DNA of 64,000 bases from Giardia intestinalis. Taxonomy: Eukaryota. Where the stretch lies: NCBI GenBank assembly GCA_000002435.2, contig CM018793.1. One strand, given 5' to 3'. Under the pieces are notes generated by a model. That model ran no database searches, was not told the DNA's origin, and was given only the letters and a program-made list of their open reading frames with translations. The translations under genes and the position numbers were made by a program. Within the stretch, counting starts at the first letter, position 1; each line of letters opens with the position of its first letter. Shown here piece after piece: positions 46,501 through 54,453 of the stretch.

Positions 46501-49003
46501 TCTCTATGTCCGATCGCTTTGCAAAACACATTACTTTCTCAAGGCCGAGGCCATGCTAGTAGAACTCGTCACTACACTCCTGGAAACGTGGAATAGAGAT
46601 CTAACGGGGTACTCTCTATCGTACACTTTAGTTTTCTCAGAGCTGATCAGGCTTCTTTATCGCATGGGCAAAGAGGCAGATATCGCGCACCTGACAGATG
46701 CCACTGTTTTGAAGCTCACCTCTCAGTACCAGCTACCACAGACCGCAGACGTCTCTACAAATCACCTCCCTACTGATGTTGTTTTCCTGGCTGTCTATTC
46801 ACTTCGTTGCCGTATCGCTTTAAAGGATCCTGCAACTACTGTCGACGACAAAATCACGAAGCTTCAACTAGCAATTAACTGGTTCACCTCCTGTGTCGTG
46901 GTGAAGACAGGTAAGACACTTACAACCTTAGTGAGGCCGAAGGTTCTGATCCGTGACGGAGTGTTCTCGTCTAAAGAGTCAGCGATACACAATCCAGCTA
47001 TGTATCAGAACACGCAAGTGTCGAGCCCGCTGCTCGCATGCAAAGCACGAGTCCTCGCAGCCGAGATGTACCTAGAGCTCGCTTATGTATACTTGGAGTC
47101 CACCGGGATTCTTACCAACCAGGTTATTCAGCCAGACATTTCCCTTGATCCCGTGAAGAAGGGAATGGCTAAGAGTGCACTAGACTTTATAAAGCGTTCT
47201 ATCGATCTTTGCGAAAGCTCAAAGGCCTACCTGCTAGGTGCCGTATTATTCTCTGTAGTGGCAAATGACTATGTAACAGCAAACGAATATGTGAACCACG
47301 CTCTAGAGCTTCCCGTAGTCGATACTCTTGCAGAGGACTTTCATTCTCAACTCAAGCTAAAACTGAAAACAGAGGGCAATAATGAAACTGACATGGATGA
47401 TTTTAATGCAGATTTTCAAGGCTATACTGAGTCTGGTGCTGATGTTCAGGACGCTTTCAAAAGTCCGTTCGAGCAACTAGTACACAAGCTGAAAAGAGAT
47501 ATGACCTGCGATCGTGCATCCACCTTGGATACGTTCCTGATGCAGTCGTGCACCAGACAAGATCCGTGGAACCTTCATAATCTTCTTTTTGGGAAGGACA
47601 ATGACGTAGAAATGGCAGGGATGGTTCAATCAGATACGGAGACATCAGACGAACGCGGAGATGGCAGTGGATGTTACAAGGATGAGGACAACAATGATAG
47701 CAACGATTACGAATACGAAGAGGGCATGCCACTAGACTCCAAGGGAGTAAGAGTCTCTTATAATGCCGCATCTGCAGCAGAGGCAACCCTACTCGGCAGC
47801 ATGGCAAACAGTCAGTCATCACAGAATGCCCAGAGCGGCTCCAGTTTACTTGATGGATATTGGTTCCTAGGACTTGGCTTTATATGCATTAAAACGGGTC
47901 GCGTCAAGGACGGCGTCCCCTACTTAATAGCTTCTACAAAGCTGCACACCTTACAGGAATCATACAAGGCAAGAGCATACTTTGTATTGGGCACGACATA
48001 CCTCAACTCCACCCGCACACCATTGTTCGGATATCAGAGCGCCCTCACCACCAAGTCCACCTCTGCTGTGGCCATGCAGAAGATGGCCATGAAGCTATCC
48101 AAGTCCGGAGGAAACCCTGATGAAGAGAATGTAGACGAGACTGGGGACGGAGTTGTTCCGACGCTGGCGGCCATCGAGGCCCAGGAAGAGGATGTCAATA
48201 ATGCAGTCAAAAGCCTAAAGGAGCTGGAGAAACTGTCCTTCCGCAATGTGGCAGAAGCAGCGTCTCTCCACCTCGCGCTGCTATGTTATATAAAAGTAAC
48301 GGAATATAAACTCATAAAGGACAAGATCAATAGAGTTATGTTGGATGAAGGAAAGGGCGCTAAGGTCAAAGTGGTGCCTTTGGAATCTAAGAAGGACAAA
48401 ATCAAGGATGATCTAGAAGCGGCAAAAGATGACTTATTGTCAGCAATAGAAGAAATGTCCGATATGACCCCCAATATCATCGTCTTACTGACCTGCCTTG
48501 GAATCGTTTTTACCCACTTGAAGAATCATCCCAGAGCCCGCAACCAGTTCAAGCGGGCTGCAGGCATCATCCCCAGCGTCAACGAGATTATAGCCACTAA
48601 TCAGGTGACAAGATGGTTGGACTTAGACGCTGCTGTCTCGGCTAATTTAGCTCTAGCAGACCTATACATCACAACAGGGAAGTTATCAAATGCTATTAAG
48701 AGTCTCGAGGCCATCTCTCAGCAGGACCACTTGAATGCTATCTCCTACGAGCTTTACGGCCTCGTGATGGAGAAGGAAGCCAGCTACAATGATGCATGTA
48801 AGTACTACGAATCAGCTTGGCTTCTAAGCAGAGGCGCATCGACAGTGGCGTTCCGTTTGGCGTACAACTATATCAAGAGCAACAGATATGAAGATGCTGT
48901 TGTCATGTGCCAGCTAGCACTGCGAGAATGGTCTGACTATGCTAGGCTAAGGAAGGAGGTCCTATACCTGGCAGAGCGTCGCCTCCGCACAAGCTCTATA
49001 TAA
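43535..49003 (+). CDS. Large (1822 aa) alpha-helical hypothetical protein with C-terminal TPR-like repeats and an internal acidic D/E/N-rich insert.
   Basis: ATG at 43535. TPR-like pairs lie near the C-terminus: YELYGLVMEKEASYNDACKYYESAW, AFRLAYNYIKSNRYEDAVVMCQLAL and GAVLFSVVANDYVTANEYVNHALEL. The acidic run is DETSDERGDGSGCYKDEDNNDSNDYEYEEG. Confidence 0.7.
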   Translation: MEELLATIILHGSAGEFGRISALLEETAQDGSFSADVRSLLRAALDLRFDEIKLGMSALRQHTSEKLATIALFIEFVYLSSCPLKDNDRIEVLQKSLELDFISITLPLLLTMLAASIMFNPSALLPFSNMIENKTDGILACCALAILLSEDVPDKFHDKLNDYMSPCLKSLSSPVIALANTMFYLKSDISALREYLPMVTARYTRIGIVLKDLQSLVLFDPSAYDSAVEVYRSTLPPGMQLIDHIKQSHFPYSKANQLGALLSIACFNTESDLNSVLFTAGRHVLLKDIGNVHSPQQLSAVCSFLVGMLRSCPLVSVCDTLRDLLAEVLSDPKLQRTYKTPLQILKAYLSSAKALLHHVNGSDADAKTVSEEALAEIKQVTERLDCSLAEISILGVDKNSLLLTIEDLNILVLSLSGNHDKAVSKAHMLADLDIDTSLAELDAPASPSKLLANESSSRSQSSQEIGRNYVSSHAAMNVILSSMSSAHPARKSLFSIMHGILPSLIAKAKNPLANMIGVGPLHANVCYSTLFPDTLALTVLSKYIIHTLKTGQDGPLLDNEAKILTTSYNIILSLLISSPTLRLANLHLLSFLQEHHSVIKHLYALSSLASEHGFVGLTTDELFLAATSSNVIGNTKEVQLFLSQAVLLDPSIEQTPKFASVVSKIYSARGDWSQAIKSLSTILTSKIITLKDDSLANTELLPLRVHIALLKLRLFDESGYHDLKAYLSAVDSELTSQGRRLNPLSIEPYNSNLFYVHMQLSYLLSKMTVFCLINAGVAQVFNLTDASENLFTALQTEYALSFLDSASVVGDLLDALTGTDKNALQQASTSTNSFPYLGAAYGPDPFPFTDIFVNPSATNMAYSMSKSLVTSETMSLHTALAFVKPYLKTNREIEDFVCLISLHLKNDKAAYIQHFLLDKDKSPGSESELSYDNASPSKLFSLASAYQFVGKTKESSRCLEILFTNHKKYAKSLSLRPDSALLFQAVISTLYVRSLCKTHYFLKAEAMLVELVTTLLETWNRDLTGYSLSYTLVFSELIRLLYRMGKEADIAHLTDATVLKLTSQYQLPQTADVSTNHLPTDVVFLAVYSLRCRIALKDPATTVDDKITKLQLAINWFTSCVVVKTGKTLTTLVRPKVLIRDGVFSSKESAIHNPAMYQNTQVSSPLLACKARVLAAEMYLELAYVYLESTGILTNQVIQPDISLDPVKKGMAKSALDFIKRSIDLCESSKAYLLGAVLFSVVANDYVTANEYVNHALELPVVDTLAEDFHSQLKLKLKTEGNNETDMDDFNADFQGYTESGADVQDAFKSPFEQLVHKLKRDMTCDRASTLDTFLMQSCTRQDPWNLHNLLFGKDNDVEMAGMVQSDTETSDERGDGSGCYKDEDNNDSNDYEYEEGMPLDSKGVRVSYNAASAAEATLLGSMANSQSSQNAQSGSSLLDGYWFLGLGFICIKTGRVKDGVPYLIASTKLHTLQESYKARAYFVLGTTYLNSTRTPLFGYQSALTTKSTSAVAMQKMAMKLSKSGGNPDEENVDETGDGVVPTLAAIEAQEEDVNNAVKSLKELEKLSFRNVAEAASLHLALLCYIKVTEYKLIKDKINRVMLDEGKGAKVKVVPLESKKDKIKDDLEAAKDDLLSAIEEMSDMTPNIIVLLTCLGIVFTHLKNHPRARNQFKRAAGIIPSVNEIIATNQVTRWLDLDAAVSANLALADLYITTGKLSNAIKSLEAISQQDHLNAISYELYGLVMEKEASYNDACKYYESAWLLSRGASTVAFRLAYNYIKSNRYEDAVVMCQLALREWSDYARLRKEVLYLAERRLRTSSI

Positions 49004-49121
49004 CCGAGCATCTGATAAAGACCTTGATTGATAATCAACTAGACATTATTAAAACTTTATGAGATCCTAATGAACGGCTAATGCACTGCCTCGGCCTCTG
49101 CAAAGAAGCTTCCTATATTAT

Positions 49122-50279
49122 TTACGAGCCAATCTCACCAAGTACCGACTTGAATACGGGATAGGTGGAAGGAAAACTATCGCGAGGAAGAAATCCTAAG
49201 AGCTCTTCTGCTAGTGGTCGATCCTGGGGGTCGGGAGACATGCACTTCCCGATTATAATAGTAAGGAGGAGAGAATAACAAGGATGAGCGGATGCTTGGC
49301 TATTGAACCTAGAGTCTAAGCATGCGTGATCGTCAGAGTAAGTAAACTGCTGACCTGGTATCCCCGGTACCGTGAAAATGTCCGTGTCTGTGGGCAGAGA
49401 TGGTGGTTCGGGGCTGCTCGGAAGGAGGAGCAAGCACATATCAGAAAGCAGTTTCCCCAGCGACCAGATATCAGACTGTGGCGTCACTTGCATAGTGGAT
49501 GAGCCTAGCAGCTCGGGGGCTAAGTACGACTGTTGCCCATAACACATAACGCTAGAAAGAGACTCCGTGGCCGGAAAAATATGGACCTTTCCGGCAACAG
49601 ACAGAAAGATATTGTAGGGGGTCACAAAATGGCATCTCCTCTCGATTTCAGACCTCGTGGTAAAGTCGTGGAGCTCGGCAAGCATCTCCGCAACAGCCAC
49701 GAGCAGAAACCAGATAAACTCCTCAGGAATGCTGACAGCTGCCTGGCGGTGCATGTGCATCAGGCTAGCCAGAGTGATTCCGTAGCACATTCTCGTCTCG
49801 ATAAGGAGAAGAGAATGTTCCGGCATAAGCTTAGCGGAAAGGATCTGAAGCATATGCGGGCATTGGAGCTCTGAGTACATTTCGTACTCATAAAGGATCA
49901 AATTACGAATATGCACTGGGACTTTTTCAAGCAAAAGAACGTGAATCTGAACGTTCTCGCCCTCCTTGCTGGTTATTGCTCGGCACTCTGTTGCTAAATA
50001 TCCGCAAATGTTTATAAGTGTACTAGGTCCAACTGCTACCGCATCGTGCACCTCCGCATCCATAGCACTGCTTTTTAAAGGTATTATAAAATCTGTGAAA
50101 GAATACAAAGTGTTATAACAAAGAACCTGTAAAGGAGCCACAATTGGGCTAGTAAGGGCTATAGGCCTGGAGAACCAACATGGTGCATTCGCAACAACGC
50201 AGGAAGAGAGGTGTCTAATTTTCGATGCCCTGTGATTGCTAACGATAAACCTCTGGACCTTGTTTATCTGCAAGTGCAT
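49122..50279 (-). CDS. Kinase-like pseudokinase. It has a protein-kinase fold but lacks the HRD and DFG motifs. The alternative start, the ATG at 50063, is preceded by an AT-rich tract.
   Basis: The track start at 50297 is GTG. In-frame ATGs lie at 50279 and 50063. The kinase subdomains are recognisable: YLAPELL (the APE region) and SDIWSLGKLL (subdomain IX). The catalytic loop reads HFVTPYNIFL instead of HRDLKPxN, and FPA replaces DFG. Confidence 0.55.
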   Translation of the reverse strand: MHLQINKVQRFIVSNHRASKIRHLSSCVVANAPCWFSRPIALTSPIVAPLQVLCYNTLYSFTDFIIPLKSSAMDAEVHDAVAVGPSTLINICGYLATECRAITSKEGENVQIHVLLLEKVPVHIRNLILYEYEMYSELQCPHMLQILSAKLMPEHSLLLIETRMCYGITLASLMHMHRQAAVSIPEEFIWFLLVAVAEMLAELHDFTTRSEIERRCHFVTPYNIFLSVAGKVHIFPATESLSSVMCYGQQSYLAPELLGSSTMQVTPQSDIWSLGKLLSDMCLLLLPSSPEPPSLPTDTDIFTVPGIPGQQFTYSDDHACLDSRFNSQASAHPCYSLLLTIIIGKCMSPDPQDRPLAEELLGFLPRDSFPSTYPVFKSVLGEIGS

Positions 50280-50576
50280 CGATCTGTCTAATACCACATA
50301 AGCACGGTATACATTTTATTTGGGGGTGCATACAAACAGTCATAAATTGTTATACATGTTGAGTTACCCCTTTATATCTCCACATGGATGACGCGTTGCG
50401 CTCTACCCTACCCTACTCCAAATTCCTCGGCACTTCTCTCTAGCGTGCTTCGTTGACGAACCCGTACCCGCACATCCTATTCTAAGTATAAAACCCAGCC
50501 TTAAATGCATGGACATCCACTCGTTTTCTTCCATCTGTAGTTCTTATAGCTCCGGCTGTTTACAGTCTTTACCTCT

Positions 50577-52595
50577 TCAATTTCTGTTCAGGCCAGTAAC
50601 GAACTTAAGCACTGTAGAACAATTAGCAATGCGATGTGCTTCCGTGCCGAAAAGCTGCGTATCCCGCAACCGTTGTGCAGTAGGAGAAGTTGTAGAGCCC
50701 ACAGGGTCGTGTGTAATAATGTCTGATTCGGAGCCATTTGAAAGAGTTATATTGTGGTGGAGAAGAGGCTCAACAGACAACAATATTTCGTCTAAATTGG
50801 ATGCGGAAGCATCTGCCTGGGCCCCCTGCCTGAGCACTACAAAGATATTGTAGTAGAGCCCTGCTTGTAGCTGTACAATGGGTTCGCTGTCCCTAACCAT
50901 TAGTTTAGCAAATACATCCGTCAAAACGGCCACCGTATCGTGTACCGAGTCAGTGGACGTGAATTCTTCATGCTCGTTTAGGCTATCTTTTAATAGACTG
51001 AAGTACCGTTGAAGTAGCAGGTGAAGAAGCATAAGCCGAAGTGCCGGGCTATACTTGCTAAATTTGCTTGATTTTGCCAAACTCATAGTAAATAGCTCTA
51101 GTGTGTGCTGCCTGTTAGCTTGATAGTACTGAAATATGCTCAATGATGCTTCTATCCCCCTCTCTGTCCTGACTAAGTAGAGAAGTGGCTCAAAAAAGGG
51201 TAACACATCAGCTACACTAGTGGGGTATGTCACCAAGAGCGTGCTTAATTGGACAACCATCTCCTCTATGACTGCCTGGACAGACGAGGAAATCGAGAGT
51301 TCATCTAAATCTGCACTCCCGTCTCTTGTGATGCGCTGTGCTGTCAAGTCGTTGCGGAAAGAGCTGAATAGTTCGCTATCAACTGAATTGAACAGCATGC
51401 TAGGCCGCTTGTCCATAGACTCGCCCAGCAGGGCTGAGAGGATGGATTTGAAAACATTCAGTATGCGCTCTGCAAACAGGCACAGTTTGACGGCAATCCT
51501 ACCGAAGGTTTCGATGCACCTCCTGATAATGTCGGGAGACATCTCATTCAAGACCCAGTTCCCCAATCCCACAATGATTTCCTTCGCATTTGTATTATTA
51601 GAAAGATAGTACAGGATGTCCAATTTGCACAGCTTTATCGCCTTTCCGTCCGTGTAGCACGGGATAAAGTACAGAACATGGCCATTAAACAAGCTAGGGT
51701 ACTGCTGGATCAGGGCGGGCAGGCTACTCAGGGTTACATAACGTAGTTCGAAAGAATTTGAAAGAGTAAGGGTGATTAAAACTAAAAGTAACTTGCTGAC
51801 CATCCCTTCTCTCAATTTTTTATCTGGAAGCACCTCGATTGTTCTTAGTATTATTCGCAGTGAGGATATTGCTACAGAGCCATCTGTGTGCTGCACCAAC
51901 AGGAATAAACACTCAATGACAGCTTTGGCGTCCTCCACCTCAGTGATGCACCAGCCATCAAGGACCTCTAGAAGTGCAAGCACGTTCCACAGTGACGCAT
52001 CGGAGGCCTTGCGAAGGAGATCTATGCACTGATCGAGGCTCAGCCTCTCCTTGTCTACAGCAAAGAGACACCGGGACGCCACAATTGCAACGTCTACTGA
52101 TTGGTCCTTGATCAAGGCATCCAAAATGTCTAGCAGTCCTGCCTCACAAGCCTTCTGAGCATCAAGCTTGAAGATGTTGGACACGCAAACCGCCACAGCA
52201 GACCTAACATACGCATTCTCATCAGATGCAGCCTTCTTAATACATACAGATACGTTCGCTATAATCTCTGGGGTGCAAATTTCGCCCAAGGTCCTTATGG
52301 CTTGCTCACGGATCATGGGGGTGTTGCCCTGAGTTGCCTTAGTTTCAAGGGCATTGACAGCCAAAAGCAAGGCTTGTGGATCTTTGCGTCCCACATATGT
52401 AAGAAATAAATGTGCTAGAGATACTACTTCTGGATTGGTGGCCTTCGCAACTTTCGCAACCGAGGGAACCAGTTGCCGTAGATCCACTCCCCGGGCTACA
52501 GCCCCCAATGCCTCCGTCAAGGCGTTGATTTTGCAGTCATCGGCCTTGTTTCCCAGGGCTTCTGTCCACTGTTGAATGTTTGTTGTTGAGCCCAT
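50577..52595 (-). CDS. Adaptin N-terminal domain protein: an AP-complex large subunit that is beta-adaptin-like, at 672 aa.
   Basis: The track start is TTG; the first ATG is at 52593-52595. It is all HEAT/ARM-like helices. The blocks MIREQAIRTLGEI and ENAYVRSAVAVCVSNIFKLDAQ match the beta-adaptin motifs LIRALAVRTMGCI and EDPYVRKTAAVCVAKL. Confidence 0.65.
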   Translation of the reverse strand: MGSTTNIQQWTEALGNKADDCKINALTEALGAVARGVDLRQLVPSVAKVAKATNPEVVSLAHLFLTYVGRKDPQALLLAVNALETKATQGNTPMIREQAIRTLGEICTPEIIANVSVCIKKAASDENAYVRSAVAVCVSNIFKLDAQKACEAGLLDILDALIKDQSVDVAIVASRCLFAVDKERLSLDQCIDLLRKASDASLWNVLALLEVLDGWCITEVEDAKAVIECLFLLVQHTDGSVAISSLRIILRTIEVLPDKKLREGMVSKLLLVLITLTLSNSFELRYVTLSSLPALIQQYPSLFNGHVLYFIPCYTDGKAIKLCKLDILYYLSNNTNAKEIIVGLGNWVLNEMSPDIIRRCIETFGRIAVKLCLFAERILNVFKSILSALLGESMDKRPSMLFNSVDSELFSSFRNDLTAQRITRDGSADLDELSISSSVQAVIEEMVVQLSTLLVTYPTSVADVLPFFEPLLYLVRTERGIEASLSIFQYYQANRQHTLELFTMSLAKSSKFSKYSPALRLMLLHLLLQRYFSLLKDSLNEHEEFTSTDSVHDTVAVLTDVFAKLMVRDSEPIVQLQAGLYYNIFVVLRQGAQADASASNLDEILLSVEPLLHHNITLSNGSESDIITHDPVGSTTSPTAQRLRDTQLFGTEAHRIANCSTVLKFVTGLNRN

Positions 52596-52663
52596 TTCCT
52601 GCAAAATATATTAAAATATAAAATAGGTGCGTTTTTAAACTCTGGCGCAAAGAATTCGCAGAC
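52596..52663. promoter_or_regulatory. A 68-bp AT-rich bidirectional promoter region.
   Basis: It lies between the adaptin ATG (minus) and the ATG of the 588-aa gene (plus). The sequence is ttgcaaaatatattaaaatataaaataggtgcgtttttaaac. Confidence 0.4.
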
Positions 52664-54430
52664 ATGCCGCCCCACATCATTATCAACGAAACCATGGTGC
52701 TGTCCCAGCGGCAAGACCAGCCAGAAAAGAGGTACAAGATTCTCCCACCCTCGGAGTCAATAGAGGTGCTGCGCTCAAGAGTAGACCCTCTTGAGGAGCC
52801 GCAAGCTAATGGCAGCAAGAAATACAAAATTAGCAGGTCTATGCCCACTGAAAAACTTCTTGAAGAGCTAGCGCCAATGGACGCTCACGATCAGATTTCT
52901 GATCAGCGCGTTCTCCGTCAGAGAACTAGTTCAGCGCCAGGGAAGCCCCAGATTGCAGCCCAAGTGGGCATTGCCACTGCCATATCTCCCATAAAGGAGC
53001 GTCCTGCGTCATCAAATCCGGCTGTGCGCGCTGGTGGAGAGCTAGAGCCTACTGAATACGTAAATGATCTCAAGTCGATACAAGACCCCATAGTCGAGGA
53101 GCCTGAGTCGAGTATTCTGACCGATCAGCAAGAGCAGGGTAAAGTACCAGCGAAAAGATATCACATCTTAACGATGAAAGAGAAGATAGCCATTGCGCTT
53201 AGAAATGCAGAGCTACAGAACGAGTCGATGCAGGCACGCAATCCCCCAGCAGAAGACCGCTTCGGGGTGAGAGATCAGCTCAGACAGGAAGACACCCCGA
53301 TCTTCAAATCTGTCTTAGCCAGCGAGCCCTCTAAGAGGCAGGGCGCAGTAGGAAATAAGAGGTACCGGATTGTGCGCAAGTCTGACTATCTCAGAATCTT
53401 TAAGGAACAGTCTATGAAGAGTCATGCAGTTGAAGACTCCGTCCTCGATGAGCTGGCACAACATAACGACCTAGACACGATAGGAGCAGCCAGCAATCCA
53501 CAGTATCAGCAGTACTTAGAATTTCAAAACCAATTAGCAGAACGTCGTGCACGCATAGCTGCCGCTCAGCCGACTCAAAACAATCATGCTATGGATCCTC
53601 TCGAGCTAAACGCTCTTGCCCCAGGCTCAGAAGGGCCTAAAAAGAGCAAGCACATTTTGGAAGCGCTGAAGGCACAGACACGAATCCTAAATCAATTAAA
53701 GAAGATCAAGACGGATTCCATGGTTTCAGCACTTGCTGATGCAAGCATAGACACAGGCTATCCAGCACCACCAACCTCTCAGATGAATCACAACGATCTG
53801 ATGACCAACGAAGCTATACACAACGAGATTCTCAAACGCTTGCAGGCAGACTTAGTACAGACCAAGAGTAATCCACGATCAAAAGGGGCGCCACAAGCAA
53901 CCAGCGTGACAGAGAACTCCCTGCGTGAGTCAGACATAATCGCAGGCCAGACAGAGACAGCGGGAAAGCGCTCTACTTCGCAATCAAATGTGCATCGGCT
54001 CAAAGATAAGCCTCTTGTCGACTATACCCCACCTGGGTCTGTTAACGCCAGCCTAATACAGCATTCCCCTCGTCAAACGATGAGTATATCTACAGAGATA
54101 AATTTGCCCGTCCTCAGCAGGTCCTTTGTTAACCGCTTGCTCACTGAAGCAACCAAACGTCGCGAATTTGCCGAAGAATCAATCCATGCCATCCCAGAGT
54201 TAGGCATGCTGTTCCGCAAAGCTGACACAACTGCATCTAAATTCATAACCTCATTGTCCCAGGATATCTTATCCGAATTTGTAACTGTCGTCGCAAACGA
54301 AATTATCAATGCCTTTGAGGAGGTCGTGGTGGAAGAAGCAGGTGGTCTCGAAAACTTGTCTCGAGTGTTCTCGAGCCATTACTTCTCGAGAAAAGATATC
54401 GTTAATGAAATATGTAATTCCGGATTGTAA
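52664..54430 (+). CDS. Hypothetical 588-aa protein with a four-fold recurring K[KR]Y[KHR]I motif in the N-terminal half.
   Basis: The ATG gives MPPHIIINETMVL. The motifs are KRYKILPPSE, KKYKISRSMP, KRYHILTMKE and KRYRIVRKSDY. The protein is otherwise polar and low in hydrophobic residues. Confidence 0.6.
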   Translation: MPPHIIINETMVLSQRQDQPEKRYKILPPSESIEVLRSRVDPLEEPQANGSKKYKISRSMPTEKLLEELAPMDAHDQISDQRVLRQRTSSAPGKPQIAAQVGIATAISPIKERPASSNPAVRAGGELEPTEYVNDLKSIQDPIVEEPESSILTDQQEQGKVPAKRYHILTMKEKIAIALRNAELQNESMQARNPPAEDRFGVRDQLRQEDTPIFKSVLASEPSKRQGAVGNKRYRIVRKSDYLRIFKEQSMKSHAVEDSVLDELAQHNDLDTIGAASNPQYQQYLEFQNQLAERRARIAAAQPTQNNHAMDPLELNALAPGSEGPKKSKHILEALKAQTRILNQLKKIKTDSMVSALADASIDTGYPAPPTSQMNHNDLMTNEAIHNEILKRLQADLVQTKSNPRSKGAPQATSVTENSLRESDIIAGQTETAGKRSTSQSNVHRLKDKPLVDYTPPGSVNASLIQHSPRQTMSISTEINLPVLSRSFVNRLLTEATKRREFAEESIHAIPELGMLFRKADTTASKFITSLSQDILSEFVTVVANEIINAFEEVVVEEAGGLENLSRVFSSHYFSRKDIVNEICNSGL

Positions 54431-54453
54431 ATCCAAGCATGTAAATCGAATTA

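Noticed and set aside
50509-50853. A plus-strand 114-aa ORF overlapping the 3' end of the adaptin gene and the upstream spacer.
   Set aside because: It overlaps a well-supported conserved gene on the opposite strand. It shows no recognisable features.
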